A stretch of 64,000 bases of DNA from Gammaproteobacteria bacterium HGW-Gammaproteobacteria-11 (lineage in GTDB: Bacteria > Pseudomonadota > Gammaproteobacteria > Pseudomonadales > Pseudomonadaceae): assembly GCA_002840055.1 (NCBI GenBank), contig PGZJ01000004.1, positions 111,236 to 175,235 on the forward strand, read 5' to 3'. Below are positions 27,906 to 38,281 of the stretch, in pieces. A program made the translations under genes and the position numbers. Every line of letters starts with the position of its first letter. The stretch's first letter is position 1. The notes under the pieces were generated by a model that searched no databases, had not been told where the DNA came from, and saw nothing but the letters and a program-made list of their open reading frames with translations.

Positions 27906-29654
27906 TCAAAGAAAGCCCAACGGTGGTTTATCCGTGTCAGTGCTGAGTTTCAGGCCGACCTTGAGTATCTGGTCATTGTCTATGGCCGCGACAACCCAGG
28001 TATGACCCTCCCATTCAATCCGGTCGCCGACCACCGGGTGTCCGCCGAATTCGCGGCGGAACAGGCCGGCCAGGCTCATGTCGGCCAGGGTTTCGGGGAC
28101 AACGAAGCCATAGAATTGCGCCACGGCACCAAGTTGGGCATCACCTTCAAGGATAAAGTCCCCAAAGAATCGGCGGTTTTCCAGATAGCTCGGTGTATGC
28201 GCCTTGCTGAACAGCTTGGACAGGGCGGGCAGATCCTGTGGGCGGCCGAGTATGCACAGGACATCATTCAGGGCCAGACGCGTGCTGCCAGTGGGGTGTA
28301 GCAGGTGGCTGCCCCGAAATACCGCGGCAATGCGGGTATCCGCTGGCATTTTCAACTGGCGCAAGGCCACGCCGACACACCAGTTGGCATCCTGAAGTTG
28401 GTAGATCATCACCTCATAATCGCCATCCACGGCGATATCCAGACTGGTTCGCTGCAGCGGTGCCGGTTGTGGCGGAATTTCCACCCGGCACAGGCGGGCT
28501 GCCAGCGGTAGGGATGAGCCCTGTAGCACGAGCGAAACCAGCACCACGACAAACGCGATATTGAACAGCGTCTGCGCCTGTTCAAGGCCAGCCAGTAACG
28601 GGAATATGGCGAGAATGATCGGCACCGCACCGCGCAGTCCGACCCAGGATATGAACAGCCGTTCACGCCAGTTGAAAGCAAAGGGCGCGAGACAGATCAG
28701 TACCGCCAGCGGACGTGCCACCAGAATCAGAAACAGCGCAACACCCACCGCCGGCAGGGCAATCACCAGCATTTCGCTGGGCGTCACCAGCAGACCCAGC
28801 ATCAGGAACATGCCGATCTGGCTCAGCCAGGCCATGCCATCCTGTACATGCAGAATGTTCTGCAGGTTGTGGACGCGACGGTTACCCAGAATCAATCCGG
28901 TCAGGTAGATCGCCAGAAAGCCGCTGCCGCCAATGCTGTTGGTTGCCGCAAACACCAGAATCGCACCACTGGTAATCAGTAGCGGATAGAGGCCGGTGGC
29001 CAGTTTGACCCGGTTGACCAGCCAGACCAGCAGCAATCCGCCGGCAATGCCGCAGAGCCCGCCCAGTCCGAACTGCTGGACCAGCAGCAGGAGAAAATTC
29101 CAGCTGAAATGCTCCTGCCCAGAGGACAGCATTTCAACCAGGGTAATGGTCAGAAAGATCGCCATGGGGTCGTTCGAGCCGGACTCGATTTCCAGCGTGG
29201 CACCGACCCGTTGTTTCAGATTCAGCCCCTTGCCCTGCAATAACGAGAACACGGCAGCCGCATCGGTTGATCCGACAATGGCGCCCAGTAGCAGACCCTG
29301 CAACCAATGCAGATCCAGCAGCCATGCCGTCAGGGCACCGGTCAGCCCGGCACTGACAATCACCCCGACACTGGCCATGGATAGTGCGGGCCAGAGACCG
29401 ACGCGGAAATTTTCCACCTTGGTGCGCATGCCGCCATCCAGCAGAATGATGGCCAGCGCCAGGCTGCCGATCATGAAGGCGGTATTGGTATTGTCGAAGG
29501 CGATGCCACCCAGACCCTCTTCGCCGGCTACCATGCCAATGATCAGAAACACCAGCAGCAAGGGTATGCCCAGCTTCGACGATAGCGAACTGGCCAGGAT
29601 GCTGGCGCACAACAGCAGGGCGCCAATCAGAAACAGGGTGTTGATGTAATCCAT
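27906..29654 (-). CDS. cvrA: K+/H+ antiporter NhaP2/CvrA
   Basis: STDAAAVF, LEIESGSNDPM, WVGLRGAVPI; C-terminal TrkA-C and CorC-like domains; likely start MDYINT. Confidence 0.92.
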   Translation of the reverse strand: MDYINTLFLIGALLLCASILASSLSSKLGIPLLLVFLIIGMVAGEEGLGGIAFDNTNTAFMIGSLALAIILLDGGMRTKVENFRVGLWPALSMASVGVIVSAGLTGALTAWLLDLHWLQGLLLGAIVGSTDAAAVFSLLQGKGLNLKQRVGATLEIESGSNDPMAIFLTITLVEMLSSGQEHFSWNFLLLLVQQFGLGGLCGIAGGLLLVWLVNRVKLATGLYPLLITSGAILVFAATNSIGGSGFLAIYLTGLILGNRRVHNLQNILHVQDGMAWLSQIGMFLMLGLLVTPSEMLVIALPAVGVALFLILVARPLAVLICLAPFAFNWRERLFISWVGLRGAVPIILAIFPLLAGLEQAQTLFNIAFVVVLVSLVLQGSSLPLAARLCRVEIPPQPAPLQRTSLDIAVDGDYEVMIYQLQDANWCVGVALRQLKMPADTRIAAVFRGSHLLHPTGSTRLALNDVLCILGRPQDLPALSKLFSKAHTPSYLENRRFFGDFILEGDAQLGAVAQFYGFVVPETLADMSLAGLFRREFGGHPVVGDRIEWEGHTWVVAAIDNDQILKVGLKLSTDTDKPPLGFL

Positions 29655-29768
29655 GCAGACAAGGAACCCATGACGGTGGGAGACTCCCAATACTATAGAG
29701 GCTGGGGTATCTTTGTTGGAGAAAAAAGCCGAATAGTCAGTTAATTGCATACAGATCAAGAGGGACAT

Positions 29769-30425
29769 ATGGACGCGCAGTTCTGGCATCAACGTTGGCA
29801 GTTGGGTGAAATCGGCTTTCACAAATCTCGGGTCAATCCATTGTTGACGCGCTGGTGGTCTGCGTTGACCGTGCCCGACGGCGCGCGGGTCCTGGTCCCC
29901 TTGTGTGGCAAAAGCATCGATATGCTCTGGCTGTTGCAGCAGGGCTACGAGGTCTGCGGTGTAGAACTGTCGCGCGCGGCACTGGATGCCTTCGAGGCTG
30001 AACAGGGCCTGCAATTGCACTGGCGAGAGCGTCATGACTTTCAGCTTGGAGAGCAGCAGGGGTTAAAGCTCTTTTGTGGTGATTTCTTTGCCCTGCATCG
30101 ACGGGATCTGGACGGGGTGGTTGCGGTATATGATCGCGCCGCGCTGATAGCCCTGCCGGCCGAACTGCGTCGGGATTATGCAGCTCATCTCCGCGCCCAG
30201 CTGCCGGCCGGCTGGCGTATGCTGTTGATCACCCTGGATTATGATCAGACGCAGCGACCGGGTCCGCCTTTCAGCGTAACTGACGACGAAGTTCGCCGAC
30301 TCTTTGCCGGTTGCCAAATCAGCCTGCTGGATGAGCAGGACGTCCTGGCCGATCATCAGGTCTTCGCGTCTCAGGGCATGACTGCCTTGAGCGAGCGGGT
30401 TTATCTGATCCAGTCACCAGACTGA
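29769..30425 (+). CDS. tpm: Thiopurine S-methyltransferase
   Basis: FWHQRW....IGFH, VLVPLCGKS.D, YDRAALIALP, GPPFSV. Confidence 0.94.
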   Translation: MDAQFWHQRWQLGEIGFHKSRVNPLLTRWWSALTVPDGARVLVPLCGKSIDMLWLLQQGYEVCGVELSRAALDAFEAEQGLQLHWRERHDFQLGEQQGLKLFCGDFFALHRRDLDGVVAVYDRAALIALPAELRRDYAAHLRAQLPAGWRMLLITLDYDQTQRPGPPFSVTDDEVRRLFAGCQISLLDEQDVLADHQVFASQGMTALSERVYLIQSPD

Positions 30426-30426
30426 C

Positions 30427-31356
30427 ATGGCTGCGATCCTGACACTGCTGATCAAGTTGCTGCCGCTGTACCTGACGGTGGGGCTGGGTTGGCTGGCCGG
30501 ACGTTTCCTCCAGGCCAGCGGCAAGCATATTGCCGGGATCATGATGTATATCATTACTCCCGCAGTGGTGTTTGCCGGCGTGTTGAGTGCACCACTTAGC
30601 CCCCAGGTGCTGTTGTTGCCACTTCTGGTGTTCAGCTTCTGCACCCTGGTGGCGCTGGCACATCTGTGGCTGGCGCGGCGCTGGATCGGTGATGCCAGCG
30701 CCAACCTCATTCCCCTCTCGGTTGGTACCGGCAATACCGGTTACTTCGGCATTCCCCTGGCCTTGTTGCTGTTCGGTGAGCAGGGGCTGAGTCTGTATAT
30801 CGTTTGCATGCTGGGCACTACCCTGTTCGAGAACAGTGTCGGCTTTTACCTGGCCGCGCGGGGCCGATTCGGTGCGCGCGATTGCCTTGTCAAGGTTGCC
30901 CGACTGCCCTCGCTCTATGCCTTTATGCTGGCGGCCCTGCTCAATCAGGCCGCGTTCAGCATGCCGGCAGTATTCCAGCCGCTGTTCGACAATATGCGTG
31001 GCGCCTACAGCATTCTGGGGATGATGATCATCGGTATGGGTATCCTGAGTTTTCGCGGTCTGGCCGGTAATCTGCGCTTTACCGCCTTGGCTTTCTTCGG
31101 CAAATTTGTCAGTTGGCCGTTGCTGGCGCTGCTGTTCTGGTGGCTCGACAGTCAGTTTCTACATTGGTACGGATTGCCGGTTTATCAGGCCATTTTGCTT
31201 ATCTCGATCACCCCTATTGCCGCCAATACCGTGGTCATCGCGACGCTGTTGGATAGCTCACCACGGCAGGTTGCCGGCACGACCTTGCTCAGCACCCTGT
31301 TGGCGCTGATCTATGTGCCATTGATGGCCGTGCTGGTGCTTTCAAGGCTGCAGTAG
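30427..31356 (+). CDS. AEC family transporter
   Basis: About 10 TM helices; GNTGYFGIP and P.AAN motifs. Confidence 0.88.
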   Translation: MAAILTLLIKLLPLYLTVGLGWLAGRFLQASGKHIAGIMMYIITPAVVFAGVLSAPLSPQVLLLPLLVFSFCTLVALAHLWLARRWIGDASANLIPLSVGTGNTGYFGIPLALLLFGEQGLSLYIVCMLGTTLFENSVGFYLAARGRFGARDCLVKVARLPSLYAFMLAALLNQAAFSMPAVFQPLFDNMRGAYSILGMMIIGMGILSFRGLAGNLRFTALAFFGKFVSWPLLALLFWWLDSQFLHWYGLPVYQAILLISITPIAANTVVIATLLDSSPRQVAGTTLLSTLLALIYVPLMAVLVLSRLQ

Positions 31357-31387
31357 AAGTCCGAGGGTGAGAGTTGCACATCTGAGC

Positions 31388-31414
31388 TAATCTTTTGACA
31401 GTGGGTGCCGATAA
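31388..31414 (+). promoter_or_regulatory. Sigma28 promoter of the chemoreceptor gene
   Basis: TAATCTTT-N11-GCCGATAA with a perfect -10. Confidence 0.75.
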
Positions 31415-31501
31415 AACCCTCAGCGGTCATTATTCTGTCGAACAAGACGGGTATTCAATACCAATCTGAACGACGGGGTCGGTTAATAAGGGAGATGTCA
31501 G

Positions 31502-33148
31502 ATGTTCAGCCTGTTCAGAAATATGGGATTTCGTTGGAAGTTGACGCTGCCGCTGCTGGTAGTCGTAGCGCTCTTCCTGGCCCTTGCCTTCACCGCCTTC
31601 TGGGCTGTCAGCAGTCTGGATCAGCGGCTCAAGCGCATGACCGAAGAACTCTTGCCGCAAAGCTCAACCTTGCTCGAAGCGGACCGTGACCTGTACCAGG
31701 CGTTGACAGCTGAACGTAAAATCCTGGCTCAGCAAGCTTCACTGGATAACAACGCACTCATGGCTGAGCATCGCGACAACCTGCAGCAGGCCATTGATCG
31801 TGTCATGGTTTACGTTCGCGCAACCCAATCGCCAGCCGGGCAGCGTCTGGGCAGTTCATTCCAGACTGCATTCAATACCTGGAAGCAGACCACTGATCAG
31901 ATTGTCAGGTTGGCCAGCAGCGGTGATCCGATTGACCAGGATGAAGCCATTGAGTTGAGTTACGGTCGCGGTTATGAACAGTTTCTGTCTGCCCGTGAAC
32001 TGATTGACCAGATGACACAACTGGTGGATGAGGAGGCTAAAAGCGAAACCGCCCTGGCCCATGCTGTCGCCAGCAAGAGTAACTCGCTGGTTTTGATGGT
32101 GGTGATAGTCGGATTAGTTCTGTGTTTGTTGATTATCGTGTTTTTCCCTGGGCTGATAATCAAACCGCTACAGGACGTGCTCGCCCGGATTCGTGATATT
32201 GCCGATGGCGAAGGTGATTTAACCAAACGCATCAATGTGGTTTCCGACGATGAGTTGGGTCAGCTGGGGTTGGCATTCAATCAGTTCCTGCAGCAACTGC
32301 AGTCGATTATCCAACAGGTTGCGGACTCTACTTTGCAGTTGGCTTCAGCATCGGAGCAGATGAGCACCATCGCAGCCAGCCAGGATCGTCTGGTGAACGA
32401 GCAGTATCATGCCATCGATCAGGTCAGCACTGCTGCAACCGAAATGACTGCCGCTATTCACGAAGTGGCGGATAACGCCACCAGTACCGCCGACGCCGCC
32501 AGTGCCGCCGATCGTCAGGGCCATGCCGCAGCCGAGGTGGTTGGGCAAACCATGAACGCCCTTCGTCGTCTGGCTGCCGATGTAGAAGAAGCGGCCGGGG
32601 TGATCAATCACCTGGAAGCAGACAGTGACAAGATCGGCGGCGTGCTGAGTGTCATTCAGGCGATTGCCGAGCAGACCAACCTGCTGGCACTGAATGCGGC
32701 CATCGAGGCGGCCCGTGCCGGCGAGCAGGGTCGCGGCTTTGCCGTGGTCGCCGATGAGGTGCGCGCCCTGGCTGCGCGGACCCAGGATTCGACCCGGGAT
32801 ATCCAGCAGATGATCCAGAGCCTGCAATCCGGCAGCGCTCAGGCCGTCAGCGTCATGCAGCGCGGCGCAGCATTGGCTGCGCAGAGCGTTGAGCAGGCTG
32901 CGGGCGCCGAGCAGTCACTGAATGAAACCTCTCAGTCGGTGGTGCGGATCAATGACATGGCCGCGCAGATTGCCGCTGCCTGCGAAGAGCAGAGCAAAAC
33001 CACCGAAGAGATTGCGCGCAACATCAGTGGCATACGCGATCTGTCCAATCAGGCCGCGCAAAGCTCCGAGGAAAGCCGGCAGGCCAGCGACTCGATGGCC
33101 AGACTGGCGTCGGCCCTGCAGCAGCAGGTGGGTCGCTTCCGGACCTGA
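31502..33148 (+). CDS. Methyl-accepting chemotaxis protein (helical periplasmic sensor, HAMP)
   Basis: Two TM helices; GEGDLT..DELG HAMP; [34 protein letters not shown]. Confidence 0.95.
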   Translation: MFSLFRNMGFRWKLTLPLLVVVALFLALAFTAFWAVSSLDQRLKRMTEELLPQSSTLLEADRDLYQALTAERKILAQQASLDNNALMAEHRDNLQQAIDRVMVYVRATQSPAGQRLGSSFQTAFNTWKQTTDQIVRLASSGDPIDQDEAIELSYGRGYEQFLSARELIDQMTQLVDEEAKSETALAHAVASKSNSLVLMVVIVGLVLCLLIIVFFPGLIIKPLQDVLARIRDIADGEGDLTKRINVVSDDELGQLGLAFNQFLQQLQSIIQQVADSTLQLASASEQMSTIAASQDRLVNEQYHAIDQVSTAATEMTAAIHEVADNATSTADAASAADRQGHAAAEVVGQTMNALRRLAADVEEAAGVINHLEADSDKIGGVLSVIQAIAEQTNLLALNAAIEAARAGEQGRGFAVVADEVRALAARTQDSTRDIQQMIQSLQSGSAQAVSVMQRGAALAAQSVEQAAGAEQSLNETSQSVVRINDMAAQIAAACEEQSKTTEEIARNISGIRDLSNQAAQSSEESRQASDSMARLASALQQQVGRFRT

Positions 33149-33231
33149 ACGCAGCGCATAGCGCAAAAGCGGTTGTATCCTGCAACCAAGCCGTTACAAT
33201 AGCGCGGCCCGCCACAGCGCGGGTTCGTTAT

Positions 33232-33344
33232 GGTGGCCTCGTCGGTCCCCTCGCAACGATCAGCCGTGAACCTGGTCAGGCCCGGAAGGGAGCAGCCACA
33301 GCGGTTATATCGTGTGCCGGGGTGTGGCTGGCGGGGCTGCCACC
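33232..33344 (+). ncRNA. ffs: Small SRP RNA (4.5S)
   Basis: TCAGGCCCGGAAGGGAGCAGC domain IV; terminal GGTGGC/GCCACC pairing; TTGTAT-16-TACAAT promoter at 33173-33200; upstream of dnaX. Confidence 0.95.
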
Positions 33345-33600
33345 CATAACGTCAATCCTCTGATTTTCAGGCTGTTCTCGCCGTTACTTGTGCAGGTGAT
33401 ACAAGAGGGGGTACAGGCAAGCCTTAGCATAAAATCTGCTACTGTCCCGTCGTTGCTACCTAGTTCGCTGCCCCTTTCTCTCTGGCCACACCCTTTTGAT
33501 TGATGCCCCGGTATTGCGCTGCCCAATCCTGCACTTAATGTCTTGCATGGCTGGATTGCCAGAGGGTAGAAAGTAGTACACCCGGTAACGAGCAGAGCCC

Positions 33601-34305
33601 ATGAACACCCCCTTGAATCTGATCATCGACAAGCGCTTTTGCGGCCCGCCGGCAAGCGGTAATGGTGGCTACGTGGCCGGTTGTCTGGCGTCCATGATTG
33701 ATGGGGGCAGTCAGGTTACGTTGCACGCCCCACCGCCCCTGGATACACCGATGCAGTTGCGCACGACTGACAGTGGCGCGGAGTTATGGCTGGATGAGCA
33801 GCGGATTGGTAGTGCCGTTCCCAGCCACTTTGAACTTGATGTGCCGCCGATGCCTGATCTCGGGCAGGTTGCGGCGGCGGAGCCACACTATGCCGGCTTC
33901 AGCATGCACAATCTGCCTGGTTGTTTTGTCTGCGGTCCTGATCGCAGGCCGGGCGACGGCTTGCGGATATTTGCCGGTCCGCTGGCTGAGGGGCTGGTGG
34001 CCACACGCTGGCAGGCCCCAGCCGACCTGGCTGATGAGCGTGGCAATCTGCTCACCCCCTTTGTCTGGGCGGCGCTGGACTGCCCGGGCTATTTTGCCGT
34101 CAACGCCCAGTCAGGGCCGGCTTTGCTCGGTCGTTTCGCGGTCAAGCAATATGCCCCTGTGCCGGTTGTCGAGCCGCTGCTGGTCATGGGCTGGGCGCTG
34201 ACCCACGACGGACGCAAGCATCAGGCGGGTACGGCTATCTACCATGCTGACGGTCGTCTGCTGGCCAAGGGGCTGGCCACCTGGATCAGTCTCAGCCGGG
34301 CATGA
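33601..34305 (+). CDS. Hotdog-fold/thioesterase-like protein
   Basis: RFCGPP.SGNGGY, CFVCG, WAALDCP and GRK..AGTA motifs. Confidence 0.7.
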   Translation: MNTPLNLIIDKRFCGPPASGNGGYVAGCLASMIDGGSQVTLHAPPPLDTPMQLRTTDSGAELWLDEQRIGSAVPSHFELDVPPMPDLGQVAAAEPHYAGFSMHNLPGCFVCGPDRRPGDGLRIFAGPLAEGLVATRWQAPADLADERGNLLTPFVWAALDCPGYFAVNAQSGPALLGRFAVKQYAPVPVVEPLLVMGWALTHDGRKHQAGTAIYHADGRLLAKGLATWISLSRA

Positions 34306-34405
34306 GGCCCGGCCTGGTTGCCAGGGCGACAGGCTTGCAACGGCCGCTTTGCGTCTCGCAATGTCGGTCGGCATTGGGTACAGTAGCCGCTTCATGAACG
34401 ACCGA

Positions 34406-34414
34406 TGTGGATAA
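34406..34414 (-). promoter_or_regulatory. Consensus DnaA box (TTATCCACA) upstream of dnaX
   Basis: TGTGGATAA on + ends 10 nt before ATG 34425. Confidence 0.55.
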
Positions 34415-34424
34415 GCCCCCGCCC

Positions 34425-36344
34425 ATGAGTTATCAGGTTCTTGCCCGTAAATGGCGTCCGCGCCTGTTCCGCGAAATGGTCGGCCAGACCCACGTCCTGC
34501 AGGCGCTGATCAACGCCCTGGATCACAATCGCCTGCACCACGCCTACCTGTTCACCGGTACCCGCGGCGTCGGCAAGACCACCATTGCGCGTATTCTGGC
34601 CAAGTGCCTGAACTGCGAGACCGGCATCAGCTCCGAGCCCTGTGGTGTCTGTTCAGCCTGCAAGGAAATTGATGAAGGGCGTTTTGTTGATCTGATCGAG
34701 GTCGACGCCGCCAGCCGTACCAAGGTCGAAGATACCCGTGAACTGCTGGATAACGTGCAATATGCGCCGTCCCGTGGACGCTTCAAGGTCTATCTGATCG
34801 ACGAAGTACACATGCTTTCCAGTCACAGTTTCAACGCGCTGCTCAAGACCCTTGAGGAGCCGCCTGAACACGTCAAGTTCCTGCTGGCGACCACGGATCC
34901 GCAGAAACTGCCGGTGACCATCCTGTCCCGCTGTCTGCAGTTTTCCCTGAAGAACATGGCGCCGGAAAAGGTCGTCGAGCACCTGCGGCATGTGCTTGGC
35001 GAAGAGATGATCCGCTTTGATGAAGAATCCCTCTGGCTGTTGGGGCGTGCCGCTGACGGTTCGATGCGCGATGCCCTGAGCCTGACTGATCAGGCCATTG
35101 CCTTTGGCAACGGCGCGCTGAGCGTGGCCGATGTGCGCAGCATGCTCGGCACCATTGATCACGGCCAGGTGTTTGGCCTGCTTGAGGCGCTGGCGGCCCA
35201 TGATGCGCCAGCACTGCTGGCAGCGATTGCCGAGCTGGCAGAGCAGGGCGTGGATTTTGCTGCGGTGCTGGCCGAGTTGCTGTCGACCTTGCAACGACTG
35301 GCGATTGCCCAGGTGTTGCCGGCGGCGGCGGATAACAGCCAGGGTGATCAGGCGCGGATACTGGACCTGGCCGGGCGCTTGAGTGGCGAAGACGTGCAGC
35401 TGTTTTATCAACTGGGCTTGCACGGGCGACGTGACTTGCCCTTGGCGCCGGAGCCGCGTGGCGGCTTTGAAATGGCCATGCTGCGCATGTTGGCCTTTCG
35501 GCCTGGGGTGGCTCAGGGCGTTGCCCCGCTGGCGCCGCCGGTCAGTGCGCCGGGAAAGCCGCAGGGGATCAGCCAGGCCAGGGTTGATTCCCAGCCAAAC
35601 CGGCCGCAACCCGCGTTGGCGCAACCTGAACCTGTTGCCGAAGCTGTGCCGTCAGCACCTGCAGCGGCTGCTGTCGAGCCGGCCAGTCCAGCGGTAAACC
35701 AGCCTATCGGTGCTGAGCCGTCAATGCGCGTACAGGGCGGTCAGCCGCTGAAGTCCGGCGTACCGGTCAAGCCGCCACTCGATGAGCCGGATGCCGACTG
35801 GCTTCAGTCGGTGCCGGATTATGACGAGGCAGATCGTCAGGATCAGGATGAGCTGATGGACTATCTGCCTGACTGGCAGATGGATGAAGCCGAGACGGCA
35901 GAACCAGCGGTAACTGAGCAGATCAGCTCCTTGCCAGTGGCCAGTGGTATTGCCGCACAGTGGTTGGAGCTGTTTTCGCGACTGCCGCTGAGCGGGCTGA
36001 CACAAAGTATCGCAGCCCACTGTCAGTTGGTCAGTTGCGATGCTGGCCAGTGGTTGCTGCATCTGGATCCGGGCCACAGTGCCCTGTATAACGAGAATCA
36101 CCGGTTGCGCCTGCAGCAGGCACTGATCGACTGTCTGGGCCAGAGTCTGACGTTGACGGTGCTGGTGCAACAACCGGATCAGGAGACCCCGGCGCTGGCC
36201 GCCGCGCGGGAACGCCAGCGACGTCAATTGCAGGCCGAACAGCTGATACGTGAAGATCCCCTGGTGCAGGGGCTGATACGCGATTTTGCGGCGGAAATCT
36301 GTGCTGACAGTATCCGCCCGATTGACACAACAGTGACAGACTGA
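34425..36344 (+). CDS. dnaX: DNA polymerase III subunit tau/gamma
   Basis: MSYQVLARKWRP, GTRGVGKTT, zinc Cys cluster, IDEVHMLS, SRC. Confidence 0.97.
   Translation: MSYQVLARKWRPRLFREMVGQTHVLQALINALDHNRLHHAYLFTGTRGVGKTTIARILAKCLNCETGISSEPCGVCSACKEIDEGRFVDLIEVDAASRTKVEDTRELLDNVQYAPSRGRFKVYLIDEVHMLSSHSFNALLKTLEEPPEHVKFLLATTDPQKLPVTILSRCLQFSLKNMAPEKVVEHLRHVLGEEMIRFDEESLWLLGRAADGSMRDALSLTDQAIAFGNGALSVADVRSMLGTIDHGQVFGLLEALAAHDAPALLAAIAELAEQGVDFAAVLAELLSTLQRLAIAQVLPAAADNSQGDQARILDLAGRLSGEDVQLFYQLGLHGRRDLPLAPEPRGGFEMAMLRMLAFRPGVAQGVAPLAPPVSAPGKPQGISQARVDSQPNRPQPALAQPEPVAEAVPSAPAAAAVEPASPAVNQPIGAEPSMRVQGGQPLKSGVPVKPPLDEPDADWLQSVPDYDEADRQDQDELMDYLPDWQMDEAETAEPAVTEQISSLPVASGIAAQWLELFSRLPLSGLTQSIAAHCQLVSCDAGQWLLHLDPGHSALYNENHRLRLQQALIDCLGQSLTLTVLVQQPDQETPALAAARERQRRQLQAEQLIREDPLVQGLIRDFAAEICADSIRPIDTTVTD
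35552..35592 (+). other. Putative -1 programmed ribosomal frameshift element in dnaX
   Basis: In-frame G_GGA_AAG, 5-nt spacer, 11-bp stem-loop, -1 frame TGA at 35585-35587. Confidence 0.65.
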
Positions 36345-36353
36345 GGAAAGATC

Positions 36354-36680
36354 ATGATGAAAGGTGGCATGGCCGGGCTGATGAAGCAGGCACAGCAAAT
36401 GCAGGAAAAAATGGCGAAAATGCAGGAAGAACTTGCCAATGCCGAAGTCACCGGGCAATCCGGTGCCGGTTTGGTGTCGGTGGTCATGAACGGTCGGCAT
36501 GACGTCAAGCGCGTCAGTCTGGATGACAGCCTGCTGTCCGAAGACAAGGAAATCCTGGAAGATCTGATCGCGGCAGCCTTCAACGATGCTGTGCGCAAGC
36601 TGGAAAAGAACAGTCAGGAAAAAATGGCTGGCCTGACGCAGGGCATGAACCTGCCCGATGGCTTCAAGATGCCGTTCTGA
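36354..36680 (+). CDS. ybaB: YbaB/EbfC nucleoid-associated protein
   Basis: [27 protein letters not shown]; dnaX-ybaB-recR synteny. Confidence 0.95.
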   Translation: MMKGGMAGLMKQAQQMQEKMAKMQEELANAEVTGQSGAGLVSVVMNGRHDVKRVSLDDSLLSEDKEILEDLIAAAFNDAVRKLEKNSQEKMAGLTQGMNLPDGFKMPF

Positions 36681-36711
36681 GTTGCCCCCCCTTTACTGAC
36701 AGAGTAGTCCT

Positions 36712-37311
36712 ATGAGCTTCAGTCCACTGATTCGCCGTTTGATTGATGCCTTGCGTGGACTACCCGGTGTCGGGCCCAAGACGGCTCAGCGCATGGCCCT
36801 GCACCTGCTGGAACGTGATCGTGATGTAGCCAGATACCTGGCTACATCACTGCTCGAGGCCATGGATGGGGTGGGCTACTGCAGCCAGTGTCGTACCCTG
36901 AGTGAAACCGAGATATGTACCATCTGTTCCGACCCGCGTCGCGACGCCAGTCTGCTGTGCGTGCTGCAAAGCCCCGCGGATGTCTGGGCGGTGGAACAGG
37001 CAGGAGGCTTTCACGGACGTTATTTCGTCCTCAAGGGGCAACTGTCACCCATAGATGGATTGGGGCCTGAGGAAATAGGTATTCCGCTGCTGTTGGCGGC
37101 GGTTGAGCATGCACAGGTTGCCGAGGTGATTCTGGCGACCAATCCCACGGTTGAAGGTGAAGCTACCGCGCATTTTATTGCCGGCTTGCTGAAACCCCGC
37201 GGCGTCAAGGTCTCGCGTATTGCCCATGGCGTCCCCCTGGGCGGCGAACTTGAGTTTATTGATGGCGGCACCCTGGCCCATGCTCTGGCAGGGCGCACAC
37301 CTATCCTCTGA
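36712..37311 (+). CDS. recR: Recombination mediator RecR
   Basis: [12 protein letters not shown]4 zinc finger, [12 protein letters not shown]. Confidence 0.97.
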   Translation: MSFSPLIRRLIDALRGLPGVGPKTAQRMALHLLERDRDVARYLATSLLEAMDGVGYCSQCRTLSETEICTICSDPRRDASLLCVLQSPADVWAVEQAGGFHGRYFVLKGQLSPIDGLGPEEIGIPLLLAAVEHAQVAEVILATNPTVEGEATAHFIAGLLKPRGVKVSRIAHGVPLGGELEFIDGGTLAHALAGRTPIL

Positions 37312-37313
37312 CC

Positions 37314-38183
37314 TCAAGAGGCCAGCCGACCACCCTGGTAGTCGCGCATGGCCTGCTCGATTTCCTCACGACTGTTCATGACAAAGGGCCCGTATTGCAC
37401 TATCGGCTCGCCCAGCGGTTTGCCGGCAATCAACAAGGCACGAACACCCTGATCACCTGCCTGTATTGATAGCTGGTTCCCCGAGCCAAGTCGGCCCAGT
37501 TGCCCGCGCCCGAGCCCCGCCTCACGGTCACGTCCGCGGATGGTCAGGCTGCCCTCATAGACGTAGAGCATGGTGTTCAGCGTCTCGGGCACGGGCAGGG
37601 AGATTGATTGACCTGGCTGCAAGTGCAGATCGGCGTAGAGCGGTTGGGTCGACTTGCCCTGAATCGGCCCTTCGACAGACTGTCCTTCAATCTGCAGCGT
37701 GCCGGCAATCATGCTGACACTGCCGCCCTCAGCCAATACCAGGTTGTTCATGGCATTGGCGGGCAGGTCCTGATAGCTGGCGGGCTGCATTTTTTCTGCG
37801 GCGGGCAAGTTGATCCACAGCTGAAAACCACGCATGCGTCCTGAGGTCTGTTGTGGCATCTCCGAATGCACAATGCCGCGCCCGGCGGTCATCCACTGCA
37901 CGCCACCGGGTTCCAGCAGCCCGCGATTGCCCAGGTGATCCTCATGCAGCATGCGCCCTTCAAGCATGTAGGTGACGGTTTCAAAGCCACGGTGCGGATG
38001 GGCGGGGAAGCCGCCCTGATAATCTTCAGCCTGGTCCGAGCCAAATTCGTCGAGCATCAGGAAGGGGTCGAAACGTTCGGCACCGCTGCCGCCAAATACC
38101 CGCTTGAGTTTGACGCCATCGCCATCGGAGGCGGCGCGTCCGGTCAGTTGTTCGACCAGGTCACGGTTGAGTAAGGTAGTCAT
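37314..38183 (-). CDS. Pirin family protein
   Basis: DPFLMLDEF, HPHRGFETVTY, GIVHSEMP, YGPFVMN. Confidence 0.93.
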   Translation of the reverse strand: MTTLLNRDLVEQLTGRAASDGDGVKLKRVFGGSGAERFDPFLMLDEFGSDQAEDYQGGFPAHPHRGFETVTYMLEGRMLHEDHLGNRGLLEPGGVQWMTAGRGIVHSEMPQQTSGRMRGFQLWINLPAAEKMQPASYQDLPANAMNNLVLAEGGSVSMIAGTLQIEGQSVEGPIQGKSTQPLYADLHLQPGQSISLPVPETLNTMLYVYEGSLTIRGRDREAGLGRGQLGRLGSGNQLSIQAGDQGVRALLIAGKPLGEPIVQYGPFVMNSREEIEQAMRDYQGGRLAS

Positions 38184-38281
38184 GTCGCATCTCCTTGATA
38201 GGCTATGAGACAAGTCTATTGTTCGAATGTCTGGCGGAATAGCGCAAAAAATGCGTCAAACCTATCGGCTTGTTTGATGGG

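Noticed and set aside
27906-30035. 709-aa version of cvrA and other N-terminally extended ORF-track calls (flgN, cheV, thiolase, acs, fumC, DUF2059)
   Set aside because: The extensions overlap neighbouring genes or promoters; downstream starts match family N-termini and mostly have an RBS
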